Positions 17,440 through 25,608 of a stretch of 64,000 nt of DNA are shown here, one piece after another; position 1 is the first letter of the stretch, and every line of letters begins with the position of its first letter. This stretch comes from Bacteriovoracaceae bacterium (GTDB taxonomy: Bacteria; Bdellovibrionota; Bacteriovoracia; Bacteriovoracales; Bacteriovoracaceae), in assembly GCA_018675575.1 (NCBI GenBank), contig JABGXW010000029.1:21412-85411 (forward strand), given 5' to 3'. The notes beneath the pieces were generated by a model. The model searched no databases. It had not been told where the DNA came from and saw only the letters and a list, made by a program, of their open reading frames with translations. The position numbers were made by a program, and so were the translations under genes.

Positions 17440-19242
17440 CTAAGGTAGTAGAAAAGGGTCCGCAGCTCCACCAATTTGAGGTTTACAACAAAGGATTCTG
17501 TTTGGAATATTTGCAGAAGTGGTCCGCATCCCTCTCATCACCCCTCGTCGGCACTTCCAATACCTTAAACCATTAACATTACTTGTATAACCATATTGGT
17601 AACAACTACTATTATCAAAGTTACCCCCCTCATACTTTAGATGGATTGTGTCTGATCTGCAGTAGCTATTAGAACATACTTGCGTACAATTATTGGCAGC
17701 ATCACAACGGGTATCAAGCGCAATTTTGCTAATACAGTCCACAAGTACTCTACCGGAGACGGGTCCTGAACCAGTAGGACTCCAACTGACATTTGTTACA
17801 ACTTTATTACCAACAGGGACAGCTGAGCAAGCACCAGTATAAATTCTGCTTATATTTCCCATGGTATAATCGTTAATAACATTTTTTAGATTAGTCAAGG
17901 CCCATGAACTGTTTACGCTGGCGAGTATACTCTCTGTGATGGCCTGTTTCTGCTGATTATTAAATGTTCCAGCAAAATGATCAAAAACCCATTTTTGCGT
18001 AACTGCGTAATTAGCACTATGCCCATTACAGTTCCCGCCAACATTACAGTCAGGGATTGATCCAAAAATTCTTATTGTTCCACCAGTAGTTAAATTATTG
18101 CCAACAGTTACATTATTGCCAACGATCGCATCTGTTCCAACATTTAAAGTGGTGTCCAATGCGGTTGCGAGTGTAGCATGCAAGGTACCAGTAACATCTG
18201 TATTACCTACGATTGTTGTTGCTCCGGCTATACCAACTGTACCTGTAATAGCTGTATTGCCTACTATCCCCATAGTTCCTGTAACAGTGGTATTACCAAC
18301 AATTGCTGTAGGACCAGTTATATTAACTGGTCCTACAAAGGTAGATGGCTGGGCCCCTGCTACCCCCGTACCAACACCAAATGGACCTTCATCAATCAAC
18401 ACTGGTCCAAAAAAATTAGCCGAAGTTGGAGTTCCGGCCAAACCTACGTTCATCATACCATTGAATTGGGTAGCGATATCCCCGACAGTAGTTATTGATG
18501 GGATAGCAGGGTCGTTTGTTCGAATTGTAATATTTGTACAGAAAGGTGGAGCTGTGTAGTCACCTCCTATGGATGCACATGAAGCTGTTACAAAACTTTC
18601 TTCATCGGAGGCACACTCCAAGAGTACATTATCAGCAACCCGCCTAACCAATACCAGCTGAACTTCTTCTTCCGAAGTCATATTACCATAAGTATTAGTT
18701 GCGGTGTTACCAGCCTTTGTATAAGTAATTGTTAATGTTGCGTTTCCTTGTTGTCTATTTTCAATGACGGGTCCAACAGGATTTAAAGTAAAAGCATAAG
18801 GGGCACCCACATCCGACCAATCGTTCAATACAATACTTGTAATATCTAACCTATTTGTGATCCCAAGAAAATGCATCCCTCTACCATCGCCATTAGGTCC
18901 AGAAGTTACACTTGTCGAGGCTACCTCCGAATTAGCTGCTATGCTTCTCCAAATATCAGTCAACACCAAGTCGTCACCATCAGCTAGTGTATTTGTTCCA
19001 AATGGTACTGCTCCAACAGACCGCTTACAAGCATCGAGATCCTGTAAAGCTCCTCGAACCTTTCGGATATTTTCAAAACGCCGCTCACGCATAACGGAAT
19101 AACCTTGATTTTTCGTCATGTTATCCATCACTGACATGGTTCCCAGAGAAATAACTCCCAACATGCCAGAGGCCACGAGCACCTCAACAAGAGAAAACCC
19201 CGACTCATTGTAATACTTAGGTATGGTGAAAAAGTTTTTCAT
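17440..19242 (-). CDS. Large type IV pilin-like protein (prepilin N-methylation signal, beta-solenoid-like Gly/Thr/Val repeats, Cys-rich C-terminal region)
   Basis: The leader MKNFFTIPKYYNESG is followed by FSLVEVLVASGMLGVISLG, giving G(-1), F(+1), E(+5) and the hydrophobic alpha1 helix. aa 265-395 hold GNTxVTGT-type repeats. There are 16 Cys residues, 12 of them in aa 399-586. SD AGGA lies 8 nt before the ATG. Confidence 0.7.
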   Translation of the reverse strand: MKNFFTIPKYYNESGFSLVEVLVASGMLGVISLGTMSVMDNMTKNQGYSVMRERRFENIRKVRGALQDLDACKRSVGAVPFGTNTLADGDDLVLTDIWRSIAANSEVASTSVTSGPNGDGRGMHFLGITNRLDITSIVLNDWSDVGAPYAFTLNPVGPVIENRQQGNATLTITYTKAGNTATNTYGNMTSEEEVQLVLVRRVADNVLLECASDEESFVTASCASIGGDYTAPPFCTNITIRTNDPAIPSITTVGDIATQFNGMMNVGLAGTPTSANFFGPVLIDEGPFGVGTGVAGAQPSTFVGPVNITGPTAIVGNTTVTGTMGIVGNTAITGTVGIAGATTIVGNTDVTGTLHATLATALDTTLNVGTDAIVGNNVTVGNNLTTGGTIRIFGSIPDCNVGGNCNGHSANYAVTQKWVFDHFAGTFNNQQKQAITESILASVNSSWALTNLKNVINDYTMGNISRIYTGACSAVPVGNKVVTNVSWSPTGSGPVSGRVLVDCISKIALDTRCDAANNCTQVCSNSYCRSDTIHLKYEGGNFDNSSCYQYGYTSNVNGLRYWKCRRGVMRGMRTTSANIPNRILCCKPQIGGAADPFLLP

Positions 19243-19448
19243 TTAAAAATCCTAATGAAACTTCTAGAGAATGACATTGGTTAATTATACAGTAAGTTAT
19301 ATCTTTTTTTAAGCAAACACTTATACGTATGTAGTTTCAATAGCTTACGCAATCCTCCTTTTTTAATTAGCTAGAAATTATTGGCACTCCTATACATAAA
19401 AACATCAAAGGGATATACTTAAACGAAATAAAAATGAAGGAGAAATAT

Positions 19449-20093
19449 ATGCAAAGAAATCAAATAGTTATAGTTTCTTTTGCCGCAATAATGGTAGTCA
19501 TCATTTATTTTAATTTCGCCTCCAAACAAGACATTTTATTACAAGAGCAAAAAAGTCTTACCAAAAAGCTAATTAAACTTGAAAGAGAGGCCAGTAAACT
19601 AAGAAATGAAAACAACAGACCTTATAAATCACCCACTGCTGCCGAAATTCTGGCGATGAAAAAAGCCAGGGTCGACAAATCAACTGCTATCATCGACAAA
19701 AATAAAAAGCTTAAGGTTGAAGGTACAAGAATTCCCATGGATCAAAGACCCAAGCTTGCGAGAATTAAAACCGGAAAAGATATTTACCTTTGTGAAGAGA
19801 TGACCAAAAAGGGTAAACCCAGAGTTGTTGTTAACATCAAAACAGATGGAAATATATTAGTATGGAATAATCTAAGAGACAAAGTAAACTTAAAAAGTAA
19901 ACCAAGTAATATTTGGACTTATGATCGATATGAAGGACTAAAGGATTTCTACGTCGACTATTCCGATGATCGTGGGCATTTGCACACATTAAAAGCTAAA
20001 ATCATAGATTTTGAATCAGATAACATCACTCCCTCCCACCTAAAGATCGCCGAAATAAAAAAAGATTTAAAAAAAGAATATTGCAAATTTTGA
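19449..20093 (+). CDS. Hypothetical protein with N-terminal membrane anchor and coiled-coil segment
   Basis: ATG 19449 is preceded by AAGGAG at 19437-19442. The track start 19434 lies inside that SD. One N-terminal TM (IVIVSFAAIMVVIIYFNF). No family motif recognised. Confidence 0.4.
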   Translation: MQRNQIVIVSFAAIMVVIIYFNFASKQDILLQEQKSLTKKLIKLEREASKLRNENNRPYKSPTAAEILAMKKARVDKSTAIIDKNKKLKVEGTRIPMDQRPKLARIKTGKDIYLCEEMTKKGKPRVVVNIKTDGNILVWNNLRDKVNLKSKPSNIWTYDRYEGLKDFYVDYSDDRGHLHTLKAKIIDFESDNITPSHLKIAEIKKDLKKEYCKF

Positions 20094-20111
20094 AAGGATT
20101 ATGGCGCCGGT

Positions 20112-21164
20112 GTGTTGAATGAATTACGACTGGTAAAGTTTTTTCAAATCTTTTTCTTAATTATCTACCATATCCTCTATTGGTTTTTCACTGGATTAGA
20201 TAATAAAGTCATAGATCCAAATGGTATACTTTATTTATTTGCCCTCAAGACGTTACCGATGATGCTGTTCACCACAACACTTCCTATAACATCTGGAATA
20301 ATTTTATATTTCAGAACAAAGAACAGGGTGATTGGGAAGAGACTCAGGAGTTTTCCCATAAAAGAGAGCTTGGTGATGTCTGGTACATTATTCATAGCAT
20401 CTGAAATACTTATGATACCAATTAATATTCTTGAACCTAATGGTTATGTTTTCTTTTGGGGAATTTTAAAGTTTCTAGCTGTATCCATTCCTATTGTACT
20501 ATTAATTGCAAAAATTCACTTATACATAATACCTGTTGTTGCATTAATTATCATCATTTTTGCTCCCGAAATTCGTGGTTTACTTTTACCTTGGCATTCA
20601 TATTATATTGTTAAAATACTTATTGGAGATGTTCCCGGTGACTTTTATTGGCCAATGATACCATGGATTTCTTCAGTATCTATTGGTTATTACATTGGTC
20701 ATTATTTCTTTAACTCTTCTCGTTCAACAAATACAAAGCGAGCACTTATCATCTTATTCACGTTGAGTTTAATTGCAATTATATTTAAAATAGAAAGACA
20801 GAATTCAATTGAGATTAATGGAATATACAATGACGTCTTCTACCCACCTACCCCAACCTTTATTTACTATTATCTTTTTTATTTTTCTATCTATCTATTT
20901 AGCATTGCACTTAGCAAGGTGATTAATCTTAAACGGTATGGAATGATTAACATTTTCAGCCAGATGATTTTGGTTATTTATGTTGTCACTGTTTTAGCTG
21001 AAATTCCCATAAGACATATAAATGATTTAATCGGTGGCTCAAAAGTTACAAATTTACTTATAGCAAGTATTACATTAATATTGGCGAATTGGGCGCTAGG
21101 TTTCCTCATTTCAAAATATATAATTGACAGAAAAATTACTATTAGACTTATGAGGAAGCTTTAG
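20112..21164 (+). CDS. Polytopic integral membrane protein, unknown function
   Basis: About 9-10 hydrophobic segments. GTG/TTG start only. No motif recognised. Confidence 0.4.
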   Translation: MLNELRLVKFFQIFFLIIYHILYWFFTGLDNKVIDPNGILYLFALKTLPMMLFTTTLPITSGIILYFRTKNRVIGKRLRSFPIKESLVMSGTLFIASEILMIPINILEPNGYVFFWGILKFLAVSIPIVLLIAKIHLYIIPVVALIIIIFAPEIRGLLLPWHSYYIVKILIGDVPGDFYWPMIPWISSVSIGYYIGHYFFNSSRSTNTKRALIILFTLSLIAIIFKIERQNSIEINGIYNDVFYPPTPTFIYYYLFYFSIYLFSIALSKVINLKRYGMINIFSQMILVIYVVTVLAEIPIRHINDLIGGSKVTNLLIASITLILANWALGFLISKYIIDRKITIRLMRKL

Positions 21165-22564
21165 ATCCCCTCCATTATACTCATCGCTTTATCAACCTTC
21201 TTTTTCTTTAATTTAGAAAACTCAGTAACAGCATTTTCAAAATATTGCTTATTATTTAATTCAATAACTAAATAATTAAGAGAATTTTTTATTAATAGTT
21301 TAGATCCATTAATGCTGTTAAAGGGTAATTCGTAAGTACCAATAGTAGAATTTAAGGCTCCACTAAAATTCAACAAGGGTCCATAAGATTTTTGAAGTTT
21401 TTTTATTAGTGAAATAATTTCTTTTTCATTAAGGCCATGAACCTCTTGAGAAATTTTATAAATTCTTTGACTTATTCTAGCTGCATATATGTTGATTTTA
21501 GTACGGCCATTAGTTTTTGAAATATTTCTATCCATGATACCAATACCATCATCTGTCAAGTTGCAGTCTATTTGTCCCGGTTTAATGAAATCTTTTGGAT
21601 TGATAATAAACCGACATTCATTGTAGGAATTGATCTTTTCATTAAGCTTCCATCCCCATACAGTTTTTTTCCTGCTTTTAGTCATTTCATTAAACGCTAA
21701 ACTATACTTTTTAAGTTTTTTTAATGCTAATGATATTTTGTCTTTTCGTAACAATAAATTGATTTTTAGAAGATCCCCTTTATCTTTAAATATTGATAGT
21801 TTATTTTTATCTACGAGATAATTTAAGGCTATTTTTATATCTGAGATTACCTTAAAAGAATCGTGGTTATTTTTATCTTTCAAAGTTTCTATTATGAAAT
21901 TTAAAACCTCCTTAATACTTTTTTCTTCTAAAACCATCTCCATAGCTAGGTTTTCCAGCATTGCTTTATATTGTGTAAATTTCTCTGGAGTTAATACTGC
22001 GAAATCGATAACTTTGCTTGTTCTTAAAGAATATTCTGAAAACGAAAATAGATGTGCAATATATTCCCGAGATGCCAATTGCATACATTTAATTTCATCA
22101 TTCTCATCTTTGTGTTTTATGCATAACTTAGATTTCTCTTTAAAAAAGAATTCACAAGTATTCATATATGAATTAATTTTTGAATTAAACATATTTTTGA
22201 GAGAGGAGATAGGATATCTTTGGTTCCTTTTATTTTCCTTAAGTTTTCTTATATTCTCAAAAAAATCATTTGATTTAAGACCTAGCAATTTAAACTGACT
22301 AATGGGAACTTTTTTCAACAATTCACTCGTAAAATTAATAAAGTATGAAATACATCGTTCATCTATTTGCTTTATGGAAAAATGTCTCCCTGAAGTATTT
22401 ATTGACTCCTTTTCGGGGTAGTTGTTAAGTACACTATTCTTTTGAAGGTCAATCTTTTTTTTAACTTTAAGCCCTTGCTTTTTATCCTCTTTTTGACAGC
22501 CTAATAAATTTAAAAAGATGACAATAAATAGTATTTTCAAATAAATTAACTTCACACTGATCAC
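21161..22564 (-). CDS. Hypothetical Lys-rich lipoprotein
   Basis: Signal peptide with lipobox LLG-C. 467 aa. No recognisable catalytic motif. Confidence 0.4.
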   Translation of the reverse strand: MISVKLIYLKILFIVIFLNLLGCQKEDKKQGLKVKKKIDLQKNSVLNNYPEKESINTSGRHFSIKQIDERCISYFINFTSELLKKVPISQFKLLGLKSNDFFENIRKLKENKRNQRYPISSLKNMFNSKINSYMNTCEFFFKEKSKLCIKHKDENDEIKCMQLASREYIAHLFSFSEYSLRTSKVIDFAVLTPEKFTQYKAMLENLAMEMVLEEKSIKEVLNFIIETLKDKNNHDSFKVISDIKIALNYLVDKNKLSIFKDKGDLLKINLLLRKDKISLALKKLKKYSLAFNEMTKSRKKTVWGWKLNEKINSYNECRFIINPKDFIKPGQIDCNLTDDGIGIMDRNISKTNGRTKINIYAARISQRIYKISQEVHGLNEKEIISLIKKLQKSYGPLLNFSGALNSTIGTYELPFNSINGSKLLIKNSLNYLVIELNNKQYFENAVTEFSKLKKKKVDKAMSIMEGI

Positions 22565-22995
22565 TCCTCTGCATTATTTTTGAACATGTATTGATATGTC
22601 AATGCTAAAGCAATGCATTCTATGATGAAGGATAGATAGGGGAACGGAAATAGATAGTTTTCTAAATTTGTTGAGTTATAAACACAAAAAATAAATGAAT
22701 CATTTCCACCAGACCATATTAATAAAAAAAGAGAAAGTTTCCATGCCCATTTGTATTTGTTTCTTATTCCATATCGTGTAGTGACGATGCCGATTATCCC
22801 CAAGGCCACTAAGTTCGTATAGGCAACATGTTCAATTAACACATTCAATTCATCAATATTAAAATTAGCCTCTACGTATCTAATAAAGTTTTGAATATAA
22901 TTAAAAAGTCCAACCAATAAGGGGACACAGAATCCTAAATAGGACAGTACTATTCCTATTTTGAACCTTTTATTACAATTGTTCCCTGGGCTCAT
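22561..22995 (-). CDS. Small 4-TM membrane protein, unknown function
   Basis: Four hydrophobic segments. 4-nt overlap with the downstream lipoprotein gene suggests co-translation. Confidence 0.35.
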   Translation of the reverse strand: MSPGNNCNKRFKIGIVLSYLGFCVPLLVGLFNYIQNFIRYVEANFNIDELNVLIEHVAYTNLVALGIIGIVTTRYGIRNKYKWAWKLSLFLLIWSGGNDSFIFCVYNSTNLENYLFPFPYLSFIIECIALALTYQYMFKNNAEE

Positions 22996-23057
22996 GTTGA
23001 ATTCCTTAGATCATGTCTTTTTAATATGTTAATCTAATTCAAATATTGGATTTATAC

Positions 23058-24773
23058 ATGACAAATTATAACATATTTGGGATATTTAACATACCTATAG
23101 CGCTTTGCATCCTCTCCGGTTGCATTGAGAAATCAAAAGATATCACCACTGAAATTAATCATATCTTGATTAAAGATGTTACTATGACTAGTGCTATCGA
23201 CTTTACTCATAAGCAAAGCAAATATTTTGATAAATATTTTCCAAACATATCACGTTATATGAGCTCAACAAGCTCAGCTGTGGCAGTAGCTGATGTTAAT
23301 AATGATGGCTGGCAAGACATATTTCTCACCAACGATACTGGTAAACACGCTCTGTACATTAATTTAAAGAACGGTAAATTCAAAAATCAATTTAGTATTT
23401 CTGGAATTACTACAGGCGATGTCGATAATGTCCTTAGGCCTATTTTTTTTGATTTCGATAATGATGGTCTCAAGGATCTTTTTTTAGGGACTAACAAACG
23501 TTACTACTTATATAAAAATATGAATGGAATTTTCTTTAAAGATGTCACGGCACGACTTGGACTAGCTCAAGAGAATCTCCTGATTATTGCCGCAAATGTC
23601 ATTGACTACAATAAGGATGGTTATTTAGATTTGGTTGTTTCAGGTTATTTTAAAGAAGTTGATCGCACTAAAAATTCAAGGTTTATGCCTACCACATTTA
23701 ACGGTGCTGAAAATGGGGGACCAGTTTATTTCTATAAAAATGAAGGTGGCAAGAAATTTGTAAAACAAAAAGACGCCCTCGGCATCCCTGGAGGTGGCTG
23801 GACATTAGCTATAGGTGTTTATGATCTCAATTATGATGGTTATGATGATCTTTGGTTTGCAACTGATTTTAATACAGATCGAGTCTATGAAAACGTGAAA
23901 GGTAAAAGCTTTAAAGATATTTCAAAATCTTTAGAACATAGTTTCTCCAATAATGGCATGAGTGCAGAGATTGCTGAAATTGATGATGATGGTCAACCGG
24001 TCATCTTTGTTTCACAAATTTATCAAGAAGGAATAGAAACCGATGGAAATACTCTATTTAAAAGAAATAAACAGGGACGTTATATCGATCAGGCCAAAAA
24101 AAGAGGCGTTGATAAATGTGGATGGGCCTGGGGGGCAAAATTTATCGATCTCGATAATAATTCCAAATTAGATATCATTGTCAATAATGGATATTTTTCT
24201 GGTGATCCCCAAAAAAATCTCTGGTTTAAAATTTCAACGCTTGGTTCAGCAGGAAAAGGATTTCTAGAAGATGCCAAAAATTGGCCAGACCTTAACGATG
24301 TCACATGGGGCGGTCATCAGACTAAATGTATTTTTTATAATACTGGAAAAAAATTCATAGATATCTCAAAAAATTCTCCGTTGGGTAAGAATCGAGGTGA
24401 TGGACGTTCTGTAGCAGCAATAGATTTTCGAAATAATGGTTACCAATCAATTCTTATGACTATGCAAAATGGAAAAACTTCTCTATATGAAGTTTCAAAT
24501 AAGAGAAAAGCTAATTGGATTGGCTTCACTGCAATAGGGAAAAAATCTGGAACTGATGCATTCGGCACAAAAATAAGAATTCAATTAAAAGATAGAGTTC
24601 TTGTCAGAGCAAAACATCCAACAAACGGGTTTTTAACTCAATCGGACGAACGTATACATTTTGGACTTGGGCGCAATGAAAAAATTCAAAAAGTATCTAT
24701 TACTTGGCCAAGTGGAAAGATAGTTGAATTGAAAAAATATCAATTAAATCGTTATAATATGCTTTATGAATAA
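23058..24773 (+). CDS. CRTAC1-family (FG-GAP/VCBS repeats plus ASPIC/UnbV C-terminal domain) lipoprotein
   Basis: Lipobox LSG-C. Repeated Ca-binding FG-GAP-like loops: DVNNDGWQDIF, DFDNDGLKDLF, DYNKDGYLDLV, DLNYDGYDDLW, EIDDDGQP, DLDNNSKLDII. The C-terminal block GFLTQSDERIHFGLG is typical of ASPIC/UnbV. Start set to the first ATG (the track uses TTG 23046). Confidence 0.75.
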   Translation: MTNYNIFGIFNIPIALCILSGCIEKSKDITTEINHILIKDVTMTSAIDFTHKQSKYFDKYFPNISRYMSSTSSAVAVADVNNDGWQDIFLTNDTGKHALYINLKNGKFKNQFSISGITTGDVDNVLRPIFFDFDNDGLKDLFLGTNKRYYLYKNMNGIFFKDVTARLGLAQENLLIIAANVIDYNKDGYLDLVVSGYFKEVDRTKNSRFMPTTFNGAENGGPVYFYKNEGGKKFVKQKDALGIPGGGWTLAIGVYDLNYDGYDDLWFATDFNTDRVYENVKGKSFKDISKSLEHSFSNNGMSAEIAEIDDDGQPVIFVSQIYQEGIETDGNTLFKRNKQGRYIDQAKKRGVDKCGWAWGAKFIDLDNNSKLDIIVNNGYFSGDPQKNLWFKISTLGSAGKGFLEDAKNWPDLNDVTWGGHQTKCIFYNTGKKFIDISKNSPLGKNRGDGRSVAAIDFRNNGYQSILMTMQNGKTSLYEVSNKRKANWIGFTAIGKKSGTDAFGTKIRIQLKDRVLVRAKHPTNGFLTQSDERIHFGLGRNEKIQKVSITWPSGKIVELKKYQLNRYNMLYE

Positions 24774-25584
24774 ATTTAATATTATTATCCCTAAATACAA
24801 TGACCCAAGATGGATTCTTTTTCTATTTTTTTCTATCTATTTGATAATATCTTCTTTAACTCCCACTTTTGGCAGAAATGTTTCGCAGATGATTGCTGCT
24901 GTTGCAACGGCACTATTATTAGATGCTGCTTTTACTTATTATAAAAAGAAGATTCTTTTCTTCTCGCTTAGTGGTTTAATTGCCTCAATTGGACTTTGCT
25001 TTCTTCTTTATTCGCCTGCAGTTTGGCCATTTGCAGTCGCTGCATTGTTAACAATAGGTTCTAAACACTTAATTAAATTCCGGGGGAACCATATTTTTAA
25101 CCCAAATAATTTTGGGCTTGTTTTGTCTCTGTTACTTATGTCAGATATAGTTTCTACTACTTCAGGAAGATGGATTAATGAACCAGAACTTCCTATACTT
25201 TTCATTGTTCTAGGGACGATTATCACTTACAAAATTAATCGTTTAGATGTAGCACTTAGTTTTATCCTTTTTTTTATCATATTTACATTTATACGATATC
25301 AAATTTCAGATACCGCTAATTATATGTTGTTCTATCTTCCAATGACTGGTCCGACATTTTATCTTTTTTCTTTTTTCCATATCACAGACCCAATTACTTC
25401 TCCTGCTACTCGTAAAAGCAGATTTATTTTTGCTTTTTTAATAGGACTTGTAGATGCTATCTTAAGATATAATGAAATACTTTATGCACCGTTTTATGCA
25501 TTATTCATTGTAACAATTATTAAACAAGTATTTCCTATACTTCTACCAGTCCAAAGCTCTAAAAATGTATGGGTTTATAAATGA
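24766..25584 (+). CDS. Stand-alone RnfD/NqrB-family-like membrane protein
   Basis: Polytopic. DPR near the N-terminus, HIFNPNNFG (family H-x-FNPA) and FFHITDPITSPAT (family f-x-x-TDP-x-TsP). Overlaps the CRTAC1-like gene by 8 nt. Confidence 0.5.
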   Translation: MNKFNIIIPKYNDPRWILFLFFSIYLIISSLTPTFGRNVSQMIAAVATALLLDAAFTYYKKKILFFSLSGLIASIGLCFLLYSPAVWPFAVAALLTIGSKHLIKFRGNHIFNPNNFGLVLSLLLMSDIVSTTSGRWINEPELPILFIVLGTIITYKINRLDVALSFILFFIIFTFIRYQISDTANYMLFYLPMTGPTFYLFSFFHITDPITSPATRKSRFIFAFLIGLVDAILRYNEILYAPFYALFIVTIIKQVFPILLPVQSSKNVWVYK

Positions 25585-25608
25585 TCACTAACAAGGTGAA
25601 TAATATTT

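Noticed and set aside
18098-18559. Two long plus-strand ORFs (18098-18559 and 18178-18498) inside the pilin-like gene.
   Set aside because: They are antisense to the Gly/Thr/Val repeat region, whose codons (GGN/ACN/GTN) are stop-free on the opposite strand. The products are Pro/Thr/Val low complexity with no start signals. The minus-strand frame carries the prepilin signal.
19284-19289. Perfect TATAAT (minus strand) 42 nt upstream of the pilin-like ATG.
   Set aside because: There is no acceptable -35 at 16-18 nt; TTGCTT lies 21 nt away. TATAAT occurs often by chance in DNA this AT-rich, so I did not list it as a feature.
19382-19396. TGGCAC hexamer (a perfect sigma-54 -24 element) upstream of the 19449 ORF, near the pilin-like gene.
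   Set aside because: The -12 position reads TACA instead of TTGC (1 of 4 matches). The site is on the plus strand, facing away from the pilin-like gene.
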